NCBI GenBank assembly: GCA_963811245.1
Contig: CAWEQL010000008.1
Coordinates: 8,134-72,133, forward strand
Direction: 5' to 3'
Origin: an uncultured Acidimicrobiaceae bacterium
GTDB lineage: Bacteria; Actinomycetota; Acidimicrobiia; Acidimicrobiales; Salinilacustritrichaceae
Length of the DNA: 64,000 nucleotides
This document shows positions 51,678 through 61,846 of the stretch, piece by piece. Under the pieces are notes generated by a model. It saw nothing but the letters and a program-made list of their open reading frames with translations. It was not told the DNA's origin and searched no databases. A program made the translations under genes and the position numbers. How positions within the stretch are numbered: the first letter of the stretch is position 1; every line of letters begins with the position of its first letter.

Positions 51678-52541
51678 GTGGGTACCGAGAAGCGAGAACG
51701 ACAGAAGCAGGCGCGCCAGGAGAAGATCGAGCAGCTCCGCCACGTGGAGCAGCGGCGATCGGTGCGGCGACGCGGTGGCCTGATCGCCGCCGCGATCGTG
51801 GCGTTCGTGGCGTTTGCCATCGCGTTCTCGGTGATCACCAAGGACGACGGCGGCGATGCGGTGGCAGCGGGCGACGCCAGCACCACGACCGCCGTCGGGA
51901 ACGGATCCACCGAGCCCAGCACCACGGACACCGGCGACTCGAGCACCACGGCGACCACCGAGGCCGCCACCCCGATCCCATGCCCGCCTGTGGACGGCTC
52001 CGCCGAGCGGACCACCGAGTTCCCGGCCCCGCCGCCCGAGTGCATCGACCCGTCGACGGACTACCACGCCACCGTGGTGACCGACGCCGGCACGATCGAG
52101 GTCGATCTCCTCGAGGACAAGGCGCCGATGACGGTGAACAACTTCGTCTACCTGGCCCGCTACCACTTCTTCGACGGCCTGACGTTCCACCGGGTCATCC
52201 CCGACTTCGTGCTCCAGGGTGGCGATCCGCTCGGCAACGGCACCGGCGGTCCGGGCTACTCCTTCCCGGACGAACTGCCCGATCCCGGCGACTACCAGGC
52301 CGGCTCGCTGGCCATGGCCAACTCCGGCCCGGATTCCAACGGGAGCCAGTTCTTCATCGTGACCTCGGAGGCCGGCGCCAAGTCGCTGGTCGACGCGGTG
52401 GGTGGGGACGCGGCCTACTCGCTGTTCGGCCAGGTGACCGACGGTATGGACGTCGTCAAGGCCATCGAGTCCGACGGGTCCCCGTCGGGCCAGCCGAGCA
52501 CCGTCCACACCATCGAGTCGGTGACGATCACCGAATCCTGA
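51678..52541 (+). CDS. Membrane-anchored cyclophilin-type peptidyl-prolyl isomerase
   Basis: TM helix; FHRVIPDFVLQGGDP, LAMANSG, GSQFFI. Confidence 0.95.
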   Translation: MGTEKRERQKQARQEKIEQLRHVEQRRSVRRRGGLIAAAIVAFVAFAIAFSVITKDDGGDAVAAGDASTTTAVGNGSTEPSTTDTGDSSTTATTEAATPIPCPPVDGSAERTTEFPAPPPECIDPSTDYHATVVTDAGTIEVDLLEDKAPMTVNNFVYLARYHFFDGLTFHRVIPDFVLQGGDPLGNGTGGPGYSFPDELPDPGDYQAGSLAMANSGPDSNGSQFFIVTSEAGAKSLVDAVGGDAAYSLFGQVTDGMDVVKAIESDGSPSGQPSTVHTIESVTITES

Positions 52542-54165
52542 GCGGTCGATCCCGTCCACCGGCGCCGTCGACGGTGCCGGGAGCGGGTTCGGCGGCGGGG
52601 AGCGTGAACCGGAAGGTCGCACCGCCGCCCGGCGTGGCCTCCACCCAGATGCGCCCGTCGAGCGCCGCCATCGTCTGCTTGGCGATGTGGAGACCGAGGC
52701 CGACGCCTTGCTGGCGCCGGGTCAGGTGGTCGCCGAGTCGGGTGAACTTGTCGAAGATCCGTTCCTGGTCCGACCGGGGGATGCCGGGGCCGTGGTCGAT
52801 CACGCTGGTCACGACGCCGTCGGCGTGGCGCTCCACCCGCACCTCGATCGGCGACCCGGCATCGGTGTACTTGAGCGCGTTCGACACCACGTTCGTCAGC
52901 ACGCTCCGGGCCAGGGCCTCGTCCCCCCGGATCGGTGGCGGGTCGCCTGGTGATTCGAAGGTGATGGTCCGACTCGGGTCCTGGCGTTCGAAGAGCTCGA
53001 CCTCGGCCCGCACCGTGGGCACCCAGTCGACGGTGGTGGTCTCGACGACCAAGCCGCCCTGGTCGAGCTGCGTCGAGCGCAGCAGCGAGTTCACCAGCTC
53101 CTCGAGACGCTGCTCCTCGCGGAGCATGATGTCGTAGATCTTGCGACGGTCGGGGCTGGTCAGCTCGTCCTCGCGCTTGGCGAGGGTGTGCAGGAAGCCC
53201 TTGATCGGGGTGAGCGGCGTGCGCAGCTCGTGGGAGACCTGGGCGATCCAGCCGTCCTTGTCGTCCTGGAGCTTCTTGCGGTCGGTGTCGTCGCGGGCGA
53301 TGACCACGTAGCCGCCGTCGGCCAGTGGTGCGTACGAGCAGGTGAGCCAACGCTGCTCGTCGCCGACGTCGATCGCCACCAGCACCGACTCCACGAGGGT
53401 GCCGGCCCGCCCGGGGTCGTTGGAGCCGTGCCGGGGCACGCCGTCGTCGCCGACCGGCCGGAACGACTCGGTGATGTGTCGGGCCAGCGCCGCATCGGGG
53501 GAGACGCCGGTGATGCGCTCCATGGCCGGGTTCCAGGACCGGACGCGGAGATCCGAGCCCACGGAGAAGATGCCGTCCGAGGACGAGCCGATCAGATCCG
53601 CCAGCGTCTTGCGCTCCTCCCGGACCTCGGCCAGCAACGAGACCTGGTGCAACGTGGTGGACACGCGCTCGGCCAGCGCATCGAGGATGCGCTCGTGCCG
53701 GGCGGTGTAGGGCCGCCCGTCGGCGCGGGCCGACACCGCGATGGACCCACAGGGCACGCCGGCATCGGCGAGCAGACGCATGCGTGATCCCGACCCGTAC
53801 ACGTCCTCGCCGGCGGTCGGGCCCGCCGCCACCCGCACGGTGTCGCCGATGCCCTCCACGAGCACCACCGCCGACCGGGCGCCGAGGAGGGCGATGGCGT
53901 GCTCGGCGAGCTCCGTGGCCGCTTCGTGCGGATCGGTGGCGCGGCCGAGGGCGAGCTCGGCGCTGCGGAGCTGGTCGAGCTGCGGTCCCGTCAACACCAC
54001 GTGGCTCGACCGGCGGATCGCCAGCGCCACCGCGCCGGCGGCGATCAGGGCGAGGCCGGCGAGAACGGGCTGGCCCGATGCGGCGACGACGACGGCGACC
54101 ACGGCCGACGACACGGCGGCCACGACCAGCAGCGCTCGCTCGCGCTGGTCGCTGTCGAGATGCAT
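52528..54165 (-). CDS. PAS-domain sensor histidine kinase
   Basis: SHELRTPLT, NVVSNALKY, DHGPGI, GLGL. Confidence 0.92.
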   Translation of the reverse strand: MHLDSDQRERALLVVAAVSSAVVAVVVAASGQPVLAGLALIAAGAVALAIRRSSHVVLTGPQLDQLRSAELALGRATDPHEAATELAEHAIALLGARSAVVLVEGIGDTVRVAAGPTAGEDVYGSGSRMRLLADAGVPCGSIAVSARADGRPYTARHERILDALAERVSTTLHQVSLLAEVREERKTLADLIGSSSDGIFSVGSDLRVRSWNPAMERITGVSPDAALARHITESFRPVGDDGVPRHGSNDPGRAGTLVESVLVAIDVGDEQRWLTCSYAPLADGGYVVIARDDTDRKKLQDDKDGWIAQVSHELRTPLTPIKGFLHTLAKREDELTSPDRRKIYDIMLREEQRLEELVNSLLRSTQLDQGGLVVETTTVDWVPTVRAEVELFERQDPSRTITFESPGDPPPIRGDEALARSVLTNVVSNALKYTDAGSPIEVRVERHADGVVTSVIDHGPGIPRSDQERIFDKFTRLGDHLTRRQQGVGLGLHIAKQTMAALDGRIWVEATPGGGATFRFTLPAAEPAPGTVDGAGGRDRPLRIR

Positions 54166-54299
54166 CGTGGCCACAGAACTCCTCCTGGACGCGCCGACCC
54201 GGCGCACCCGGCGCAGTCCGCATTCTCGGACGTGGACCGCCCCGCCACCATGACCCGATCGGGTCATATCCGACCGCATCCACCCGTTTCGGCCCTTCG

Positions 54300-54352
54300 G
54301 CGCAGAATCTGCACAGATTCGGTGCATTGCGCAGAATCTGTGCAGATTCGGT
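54300..54352. repeat. REP-like double palindrome
   Basis: GAATCTGCACAGATTC (54305-54320) and its reverse complement GAATCTGTGCAGATTC (54334-54349). Confidence 0.75.
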
Positions 54353-54416
54353 CCCGAGTGCTGTCGGCGGGCTCCTCGGGCCGCCCTGAGCCTTGGTGGT
54401 CCAGGGACCCGGTCGG

Positions 54417-54992
54417 TCAGGAACCGGTCGTGTCGAGGGCGTGGTGGGCAACCCCTTCGAGGAGCATGCCCAGCCACCACTGGACGGTGCCGATCCGGTG
54501 GCGTTCGATGTCGATGACCGAGAGACCGGACCGACGAAGGGCCGCCGGGATGTCCCGTTCGACGTGCCAGCCGGACGTCATCTCCACCCCGGGTGCCACG
54601 AGGCGCTGGCCCCGTCCGAGGGCGCCGCGGCGCAGGCCTGGCTCGAGGAACAGCAGCGCACCGCCATCGGCGAGAACGGTCTCGATCGATCCCAGGGCCC
54701 CGTCGAGGTCGCCGACGGCAGTGAGACGGAACACCGAGAGCACCGTGTCGAAGCGCTCGCCGGACCTGGCCAGGTGCTCGAGGTGCGGAGCCAGGTCGGC
54801 GCCGCCGGCGGCCACCACGTCGGTGACCGGTTCGATCGTCGACCACAGGGATCGATGGGCGTCGGCCCCACCCAGGTCGAGCACGCGCCCGCGTGCCCGG
54901 CGGACGAGGGCGCGACGCCGCGCCCGCACCGCGGAGAGGACACCGGGCGGGAGGGCCCGTTCGTAGCCGGTCGGGATCCGGAGCGAGTCCAC
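54417..54992 (-). CDS. Class I SAM-dependent methyltransferase-like protein
   Basis: ARGRVLDLGG, FDTVLSVF, GGALLFLE. Confidence 0.7.
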   Translation of the reverse strand: MDSLRIPTGYERALPPGVLSAVRARRRALVRRARGRVLDLGGADAHRSLWSTIEPVTDVVAAGGADLAPHLEHLARSGERFDTVLSVFRLTAVGDLDGALGSIETVLADGGALLFLEPGLRRGALGRGQRLVAPGVEMTSGWHVERDIPAALRRSGLSVIDIERHRIGTVQWWLGMLLEGVAHHALDTTGS

Positions 54993-55070
54993 GATGTCGT
55001 CAGTCTCCCAGACCTGACCCGGATCCCCGGACTTCGAGCCGAGAGTTACCGCTGGGTACCGTGTCGGCCC

Positions 55071-55919
55071 ATGACGATCAAGAGCGTGGGCATCATCGGA
55101 TCGGGGATCATGGGATCGGGCATCGCCCAGGTCGCGGCGACGTCGGGGTTCACCGTCGTCCTGCGCTCCCGCAAGCAGGAGACGGCCGACGCCACCGTCG
55201 CCGCCATGCAGAAGTCACTCGAGCGGCTCGTCGCCAAGGACCGGATGTCCCAGGACGACGCGGACGCGGCAGCGGGTCGCGTCACGGCCACGTCGAAGCT
55301 CGACGACCTCGGCGACTGCGACCTGGTGATCGAGTCCGTCGTGGAGGACCTCGCCACCAAGCTCCACCTCTTCAACGAGCTCGACCACCACTGCAAGGAC
55401 GGGGCGATCCTCGCCACCAACACGTCGACCCTGCCCGTCATCGACATGTCGGTCGAGACGCGCCGACCCGAGCGGGTGTGCGGCGTCCACTTCTTCAACC
55501 CGGCACCCATGATGAGCCTGGTCGAGATCGTGCAGACGCTGGTCACCGCCGACGAGACCATCGCCGACGTCCGGGAGTTCGTCGAGGGCTGCGGCAAGGG
55601 GCCGGTGCTGGTGAAGGACCGGGCCGGGTTCATCGTCAACGCCCTGCTGTTCCCGTACCTCAACAACGCCGTGCGGATGCTGGAGAACGGCACCGCTTCC
55701 CGCGACGACATCGACACGGCCATGAAGGGCGGGTGCAACTTCCCCATGGGGCCGCTCGCCCTGCTCGACCTCGTGGGCCTCGACACGTCGCTGTCGATCC
55801 TCGATGCCCTGTACAACGAGTTCCGTGACCCGAACTACGCCGCCGTGCCGCTGCTACGGCGGATGGTCGCCGCCGGCCACCTCGGTCGCAAGTCCGGCAC
55901 GGGCTTCTACGACTACTGA
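55071..55919 (+). CDS. 3-hydroxybutyryl-CoA dehydrogenase
   Basis: GSGIMGSGIA, TNTS, HFFNP, GFIVN, PMGP. Confidence 0.93.
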   Translation: MTIKSVGIIGSGIMGSGIAQVAATSGFTVVLRSRKQETADATVAAMQKSLERLVAKDRMSQDDADAAAGRVTATSKLDDLGDCDLVIESVVEDLATKLHLFNELDHHCKDGAILATNTSTLPVIDMSVETRRPERVCGVHFFNPAPMMSLVEIVQTLVTADETIADVREFVEGCGKGPVLVKDRAGFIVNALLFPYLNNAVRMLENGTASRDDIDTAMKGGCNFPMGPLALLDLVGLDTSLSILDALYNEFRDPNYAAVPLLRRMVAAGHLGRKSGTGFYDY

Positions 55920-55954
55920 TCTGCGCCCCGCCCATCGGTCGGTCCCCGGCTGAG

Positions 55955-56626
55955 ATGCGGGTCGAACCTCCCCCCAGCCCGTGGTCCTTCCCGGACCCGC
56001 GTGGTGCCGACGCGTCGGATGTGGTCGCCGTCGGCGGTGATCTGGAACCCGGCACCGTCCTCGAGGCCTATCGCTCGGGGCTGTTCCCCATGCACGTCGA
56101 CCGCGGCCACACGTTGGCATGGTGGTCACCGGACCCACGCGGCGTCCTGCCGCTGGACGGACTGCGGGTGAGCCGGTCATTGCGGGCGTCGTACCGCCGC
56201 TTCGCCGTCACCGTCGACGAGGCGTTCGGCGAGGTCGTCGACGCGTGCGCCGATCCGTCCCGCCCACACGGATGGATCACCCCTGGCATCCGCCGGGCCT
56301 ACCTCCGCCTCCACGAGCTGGGATGGGCACACAGCGTCGAGGTGTGGTCGACCGACGACGGCGAGCTCGTCGGTGGCCTCTACGGCGTGTCGATCGGCGG
56401 TCTCTTCGCCGGCGAGTCGATGTTCCACCGTCGGCGCGACGCCTCGAAGGTGGCGCTGGTGGCGCTCGTCGAACGACTCGGGTCCGACGGAGTCGATCGC
56501 CTGCTCGACGTGCAATGGACCACCGACCACCTGCAATCGCTCGGTGCCCGTGACGTCAGCCGGGACGAGTACCTCGATCGACTCGAGATCGCCCTCGGCC
56601 GTCCGAGCCCGCCGGCGTTCGCCTGA
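55955..56626 (+). CDS. aat: Leucyl/phenylalanyl-tRNA-protein transferase
   Basis: AYRSGLFPM, WWSPDPR, AHSVEVW, GESMF, DASK. Confidence 0.95.
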   Translation: MRVEPPPSPWSFPDPRGADASDVVAVGGDLEPGTVLEAYRSGLFPMHVDRGHTLAWWSPDPRGVLPLDGLRVSRSLRASYRRFAVTVDEAFGEVVDACADPSRPHGWITPGIRRAYLRLHELGWAHSVEVWSTDDGELVGGLYGVSIGGLFAGESMFHRRRDASKVALVALVERLGSDGVDRLLDVQWTTDHLQSLGARDVSRDEYLDRLEIALGRPSPPAFA

Positions 56627-56653
56627 GCGCCGGCGGGCTGGAGAGCGTCAGGG

Positions 56654-57403
56654 CTACTTCGACCGTCCCTTGCCGTGGCCGCCGCCGTTGCCCTGCCCAT
56701 GGTCGCCGGCCGTGACGGTCGCCCCGGTCATCGAGGTGGCATCGGAGCCGCTGACGTCGCCGGTGTCCTCGGTGTCGCCGGCGTCATCGCTGACATCGCC
56801 ACCGGTGGACTCGTCATCGGTCTCGTCGTCGGCTTCGGCGGTGGCGTCACCGTGGCTGCGAGCCACCTCCCGGACGCATTCGCCATGGTTGCGGTACTGC
56901 TCGTCGCCCTTGGTGCAGGTGTGGGCGGCCTCCGAGACCGCGGCGCCGTGAGTGTCGGCCGGCGCATCGGCCTCGGGCTCGGCCGGGTCATCGCTGGTCG
57001 TGTCGGCATCGGTGCCGTCGGTGGTGGTGTCGCTGTCCGTCGTGCCGTCCGTGCAGCCGGGGATGTCGGCGGTGTCGGCGTTGTCGTCGCAGGTGGCGGG
57101 GTCGTCGCCCGTGCTGTCGCCGCTCGTGGTGTCGTCGGTGGTGCAGTCGGGGATGTCGGCGGTGTCGGGGTTGTCGTCGCAGGTGGCGGGGTCGTCGCCC
57201 GTGCCGTCCGTGCAGTCGGGGATGTCGGCGGTGGTCACGTCCGCGTCACACGTGGGGATGTCCTCGGTCTGCACGACCGGGTCCGTCGACGGCGGATCGG
57301 TCGTGGCGGCGAACGCGAACGTCGCCCCACCGACGACGACGGTTCCGGTCAGGACGATGGCGGCGGTCTTCTTGGCGGCATGGGAGGCGATGGAGGTCAA
57401 CAT
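56654..57403 (-). CDS. Secreted acidic Cys-repeat protein
   Basis: Signal peptide; three TCD..TADIP(D/G)CT repeats; HGAAVS/HGECV and HGQG..HGKG tail. Confidence 0.75.
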   Translation of the reverse strand: MLTSIASHAAKKTAAIVLTGTVVVGGATFAFAATTDPPSTDPVVQTEDIPTCDADVTTADIPDCTDGTGDDPATCDDNPDTADIPDCTTDDTTSGDSTGDDPATCDDNADTADIPGCTDGTTDSDTTTDGTDADTTSDDPAEPEADAPADTHGAAVSEAAHTCTKGDEQYRNHGECVREVARSHGDATAEADDETDDESTGGDVSDDAGDTEDTGDVSGSDATSMTGATVTAGDHGQGNGGGHGKGRSK

Positions 57404-57555
57404 GGCCTGATCATCGACGGGCGTGTGGCCCGACTTGAGTCGCCGCGCCGACAACAGGTCGCCGGACCCAGAAGACGCGGCGGTGCCCGCAACACCGGCA
57501 CCGCACCGGCCTGCTTCGGGGTCCCGCAGCCCGGTGCCGGCCACCCCCCGCGCGA

Positions 57556-57589
57556 CGTTCTGGCACCACGTTGTTCGGTCCGCCACCGC
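57556..57589. repeat. Left part of a REP-like palindrome interrupted by IS481 (includes the 15-bp target duplication)
   Basis: CGTTCTGGCACC arm; TCGGTCCGCCACCGC at 57575-57589 is repeated at 58941-58955. Confidence 0.75.
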
Positions 57590-58940
57590 TGTTCTGTCGC
57601 GCGACATCGGTAACGGGTGTGTCGCGGGACATCGGTAACGGTCAGAACTGTAGGCGGGGTCGTGGGGGGCCGCCGTGTGGTCGGTTTGATGGTTGGTAGG
57701 ACCGGGTGGGGTCGAGCTCGAGGTGGCGGATGAGTTGGTCGGCGATGAAGACGTTGGCTCGGGTGGTGTCGATCATCACGAGCGCGGTCATTCCGACGTA
57801 CTCGACGCCGAGGTGGATCTTGAATCGGCCGGCTTTGACACATCCGGACGTGGTCACGACGGACCGGTGCTGTTCGGTTCGGAAGCTCGGATGGGCGAGC
57901 GCCTCGCTGGCAGGACCCGATGCCGGGGTGGCCCGCCAACGATCGATCGGGAACGCTCGGCCGATGCCTTGGTGGGGCCGTTGGGTGTTGTAGATCGCTG
58001 CGAAGCGGTCGAGTTGGCCTTGGAGCTCGATCAGGTTCGCCGCCAACGGTTGTCTGCGAAGCCACTTCTTGAGGGTCTGTTGGAACCGCTCGACCTTGCC
58101 GGTGGTCTGGGGGTGATACGGCCGACCGGTGAACGGTCTCACGCCCGCGTCACGAAGCCGGGCCTCGAAGAGCACCTCGAACCCACGAAGTTTCCCCGAG
58201 AACGACAACCCGTTGTCGGAGAGCACACCGGCTGGCAGTCCCCAGGTCGCTGTGGCCTGGGAGAACGTCATCCAGGCTTGCTCGGTCGTTGCTGTCTCGA
58301 CTGCCCGTGACCGGGTCAGGACCCTGGAGTGGTCATCGATGATGTTGAACACCCGAACGATCCCGGTGGCGACGGTCCAGTCCATCGCGTCGATCTGCCA
58401 CCACTCGTTCGGCGCCGGTGCTTCGAAGCGACGTAACGTGGTCTTGGGGCGCTTGCGGGGCTCAGGCACGACCAGACCCCGCCTGGTCAAGATCCGCCAG
58501 ATCGTCGCCGTTGACGGGACATGGTCGATATCGAGATCACCACGACGGATGCGCTCGCTGAGATGCCACTGGATCGTGGTCGGCCCAAAGTCGAGACCGG
58601 CATCATCGAGTTCCTTGCGGAGCCGAACGATGTGCTCCTCGGTCTCAACACACGTCTGGCCCGGAGAATCACGTGGCCGGCGCGATCGTTCCTCGAGCCC
58701 AGCATTGCCTTCGGTGCGGTATCGGTTGACCCATTTGTAGAACGTCTTCGGACTGGTGTCGTTGTCACGACAGAACTCGGTGACGTTCAACGCGAGGTGT
58801 CCCTCCGCGAACGCCACTGCCGCAGCCTTGATCGACATCGATGTCACCTTCCTGGCCATGCGACATCGTCGTCACGGCCGAGCTGAGGTGTTACCGATGT
58901 TGCGCGACATCAACCATTACCGATGTCCCGCGAAGGAACA
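57590..58940 (-). mobile_element. IS481-family insertion sequence
   Basis: TGT...ACA ends; TIR TGTTCnnTCGCGnGACATCGGTAA with internal repeats; 15-bp direct repeat. Confidence 0.93.
57642..58859 (-). CDS. IS481 DDE transposase
   Basis: WQID, IDDHSR, SDNG, HPQTTGKVER, YNTQRPH. Confidence 0.95.
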   Translation of the reverse strand: MARKVTSMSIKAAAVAFAEGHLALNVTEFCRDNDTSPKTFYKWVNRYRTEGNAGLEERSRRPRDSPGQTCVETEEHIVRLRKELDDAGLDFGPTTIQWHLSERIRRGDLDIDHVPSTATIWRILTRRGLVVPEPRKRPKTTLRRFEAPAPNEWWQIDAMDWTVATGIVRVFNIIDDHSRVLTRSRAVETATTEQAWMTFSQATATWGLPAGVLSDNGLSFSGKLRGFEVLFEARLRDAGVRPFTGRPYHPQTTGKVERFQQTLKKWLRRQPLAANLIELQGQLDRFAAIYNTQRPHQGIGRAFPIDRWRATPASGPASEALAHPSFRTEQHRSVVTTSGCVKAGRFKIHLGVEYVGMTALVMIDTTRANVFIADQLIRHLELDPTRSYQPSNRPHGGPPRPRLQF

Positions 58941-59068
58941 TCGGTCCGCCACCGCCGGTTGCGGGGCCAGAACGGAATGACCGAGCATTCCGGCACCACG
59001 TCGATCGGTCCGCCCCCACACGTTGTGGTGCCAGAACGGATTGCGGGTTGCGGGTTGCGGGTTGCGGG
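58941..59068. repeat. Right part of REP unit 1, a second REP unit (58986-59038) and (TTGCGGG)4
   Basis: GCCAGAACG arms ending at 58974 and 59038; heptamer tandem repeat at 59041-59068. Confidence 0.7.
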
Positions 59069-59096
59069 CTGGGGGAGTGGAGGCTGGGCGGAGAGC

Positions 59097-59297
59097 TCAG
59101 GCGACGACGTCGTAGCCGGCGTCGTCGATCGCGTCGCGTACTGCGGCGTCGTCGAAGCCGTCGCCGGCCACCGTCACCGTCTTGGCGTCGAGATCGACGG
59201 TGACGTCGTCCACGCCGGCGAGCGGCGAGACGGCACCGGTGATGGCGTTCACGCAGTGGTCACACGAGATGTCGGGCACGGTGTAGGTGGTCTTCAC
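59097..59297 (-). CDS. copZ: Copper chaperone
   Basis: ISCDHC HMA motif. Confidence 0.92.
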   Translation of the reverse strand: MKTTYTVPDISCDHCVNAITGAVSPLAGVDDVTVDLDAKTVTVAGDGFDDAAVRDAIDDAGYDVVA

Positions 59298-61437
59298 GGG
59301 TGGGTTCCTCTCGGGAGGTGCGATGGCTGCGGAACCTCCGCAGCCGGAGGGAGTTGGTCACCACGAACACGCTGGAGAAGCCCATCGCGCCAGCGGCGAT
59401 CATCGGGACGAGCAGGCCGAACGCGGCCAGGGGGATGGCGGCCACGTTGTAGGCGAAGGCCCAGAACAGGTTGCCCTTGATGGTGGCGAAGGTCCGCCGG
59501 GCAAGGGCGATGGCGTCCGCCACACCTCGGGGGTCGCCACCGACGAGGGTCAGGTCGGAGGCCTCGATGGCGACGTCGGTACCGGTGCCGATGGCGATGC
59601 CGAGCTCGGCGGCGGCGAGCGCCGGCGCATCGTTGACGCCGTCGCCCACCATCGCCACGACCCGGCCCTCGTCCTGGAGTCGGCGGATCTCGTCGAGCTT
59701 GTCGTCGGGCAGAACCTCGGCTCGGACCATGGAGATGCCGACCTCGGCGGCCACCGCCGCGGCGGTGCGGCGGTTGTCGCCGGTGAGCAGCACGGTGTCG
59801 AGACCCATTGCCCTCAGCGCCGCCACCGCTTCGACCGCCGACGGCTTCACCGTGTCGGCGACGGCGAGCACGCCGCGCGCCACGCCGTCCCATCCGGCGA
59901 GGACGGCGGTCCGGCCCTGTTCCTCCTGGGCGTGGGCGAGCGCCTCGACCTCCGGTGGCACCTCGTCGAAGAGCAGCCGGCGGCCGACGAGCACGTCGAC
60001 ACCGCCGACGGTGCCGCGCACACCACGGCCGGGCAGGTTGGAGAACCCCTCGACCGGGTCGTGGGTGGCAGACCCGTCGGCGATGGCGGTGGCGATGGGG
60101 TGCTCGCTCATCGCTTCGAGCGATGCCGCCCGACGCAGCAGCGTCGAATCATCGCCGGCGACGGACTGCGCGTGGACGAGCTGCATCCGCCCCTCGGTGA
60201 GGGTGCCGGTCTTGTCGAAGACCACGGTGTCGATCTGGCGCGAGCGTTCGAGCACCTCGCCGCCCTTGATGAGGATCCCGAGCTGGGCGCCCCGGCCGGT
60301 GCCCACCATGATCGCCGTCGGCGTGGCGAGGCCCAGCGCGCAGGGGCAGGCGATGATCAGCACCGCCACCGCCGCCGTGAAGGCGTCCTCGGCGCCGTGG
60401 CCGGTGACGAACCAACCGGCGAGGGTGAGGAGGGCGATGGCGAGGACGACCGGGACGAAGACGGCGGCGACCCGGTCGGCGAGCCGTTGGACGGGGGCGG
60501 AGGAGCCCTGGGCCTCGTCGACCAACCTGACGATCTGGGCCAGCGCCGTGTCGGACCCGACGCGTGTGGCCTCGATCACGAGGTGCCCGTCGGCGTTGAC
60601 GGTGGCGCCGATCACCTCGTCGCCGACCTCTTTGTCGACGGGGACGGGCTCGCCGGTCAGCATCGATTCGTCGACCGCAGAACGCCCGTCGACGACGAGG
60701 CCGTCGGTGGCCACCTTCTCGCCCGGCCGGACGACGAAGCGCATGCCGACGGCCAGGTCGTCGACGCTGATGTCGGTACCGTCCTCGAGCCGGGCCGTGC
60801 GGGCACCGAGTTCGGCGAGCGCCCGGATGGCCTCGCCGCTGCGGCGCTTGGCACGGGCCTCGAACCACTTGCCGAGCAGGATCAGCGTGATGATGACCGA
60901 GGCCGTCTCGAAGTAGACGTGGCCGCCGTCGACGAAGACCAGGGCCGCCACCGACCACAGGTAGGCCGCAAGTGACCCGATCGACACGAGGGTGTCCATC
61001 GTGGCCGTGCCGTGCCGGGCGTTGGTCCACGCGGCCCGGTGGAACCCGATGGCGCTGACCGCGATCACCGGCGTCGTCAGCGCGAAGGCGACCCACTCCC
61101 AGTGGGCGAAGTGCAGGGCCGGGACCATCGAGAGCAGCACCGTCGGGACGGCGAGCGCGGCCGCGAGCACGAGGCGCTGGCTGAGGGTGCGGATCCATCG
61201 CTCCTCGACGGCGGCGTGGTCGTCGATGGCGGGGACCGAGTACCCGAGCTTCTCGATGACCGCCTCGAAATCGGCCGAGCCCAACCGGTCGTCGTCGAAG
61301 ATCACGGTGGCCCGGGACCCGGCGAGGCTGACGTTGGCCGTCTCCACCCCGTCGAGTTTGTTCAGGCCGCGTGCGATCCTCGACGAACACGCCGCGCAGG
61401 TCATGCCTTCCACCGGGAGATCGACACGGGTCCTCAT
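59260..61437 (-). CDS. copA: Cu(+)-exporting P1B-type ATPase
   Basis: GMTCAAC, TGE, CPC, DKTGT, HP, GDGVND, YN, MGFSS. Confidence 0.95.
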   Translation of the reverse strand: MRTRVDLPVEGMTCAACSSRIARGLNKLDGVETANVSLAGSRATVIFDDDRLGSADFEAVIEKLGYSVPAIDDHAAVEERWIRTLSQRLVLAAALAVPTVLLSMVPALHFAHWEWVAFALTTPVIAVSAIGFHRAAWTNARHGTATMDTLVSIGSLAAYLWSVAALVFVDGGHVYFETASVIITLILLGKWFEARAKRRSGEAIRALAELGARTARLEDGTDISVDDLAVGMRFVVRPGEKVATDGLVVDGRSAVDESMLTGEPVPVDKEVGDEVIGATVNADGHLVIEATRVGSDTALAQIVRLVDEAQGSSAPVQRLADRVAAVFVPVVLAIALLTLAGWFVTGHGAEDAFTAAVAVLIIACPCALGLATPTAIMVGTGRGAQLGILIKGGEVLERSRQIDTVVFDKTGTLTEGRMQLVHAQSVAGDDSTLLRRAASLEAMSEHPIATAIADGSATHDPVEGFSNLPGRGVRGTVGGVDVLVGRRLLFDEVPPEVEALAHAQEEQGRTAVLAGWDGVARGVLAVADTVKPSAVEAVAALRAMGLDTVLLTGDNRRTAAAVAAEVGISMVRAEVLPDDKLDEIRRLQDEGRVVAMVGDGVNDAPALAAAELGIAIGTGTDVAIEASDLTLVGGDPRGVADAIALARRTFATIKGNLFWAFAYNVAAIPLAAFGLLVPMIAAGAMGFSSVFVVTNSLRLRRFRSHRTSREEPTREDHLHRARHLV

Positions 61438-61456
61438 GCCGGGCACCGTACCAGGT

Positions 61457-61481
61457 GATAGGGATACCCCCAACCCCTATC
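61457..61481. promoter_or_regulatory. Candidate CsoR operator
   Basis: GATAGGG-ATACCCCCAAC-CCCTATC: G/C tracts with inverted arms between copA and csoR. Confidence 0.55.
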
Positions 61482-61500
61482 TGGCCGCTACACTCGTCCC

Positions 61501-61785
61501 ATGGCTGGCTACACGTCCGACAAGGATCAGTTCCTCACCCGCCTGCGCCGGATCGAAGGCCAGGTGCGCGGCCTGCAGCGCATGGTCGACGACGACACCT
61601 ACTGCATCGACGTCCTCACCCAGATCGCGTCGGTCACCAAGGCCCTCCAAGGGGTCGGCATGGGCCTGCTCGACGAGCACATCCGCCACTGTGTGAAGGA
61701 GGCGGCCGACCAGCCCGGCGACGAGCCCTTCGACGCGAAGGTGGAGGAGGTCATGTCCGCGGTCGGTCGGATGCTGCGCACCTGA
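61501..61785 (+). CDS. csoR: Copper-sensing repressor
   Basis: RLRRIEGQVRG, YCIDVLTQ, HIRHCV. Confidence 0.93.
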   Translation: MAGYTSDKDQFLTRLRRIEGQVRGLQRMVDDDTYCIDVLTQIASVTKALQGVGMGLLDEHIRHCVKEAADQPGDEPFDAKVEEVMSAVGRMLRT

Positions 61786-61846
61786 CGACCCGAGCGTCCA
61801 CGCGGCGGGCGGCGCGGCGGGCGTCGGGTGGCCGGGAGGCGGTCGC

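Noticed and set aside
59041-59068. (TTGCGGG)4 as a functional element
   Set aside because: Short intergenic microsatellite with no supporting context.
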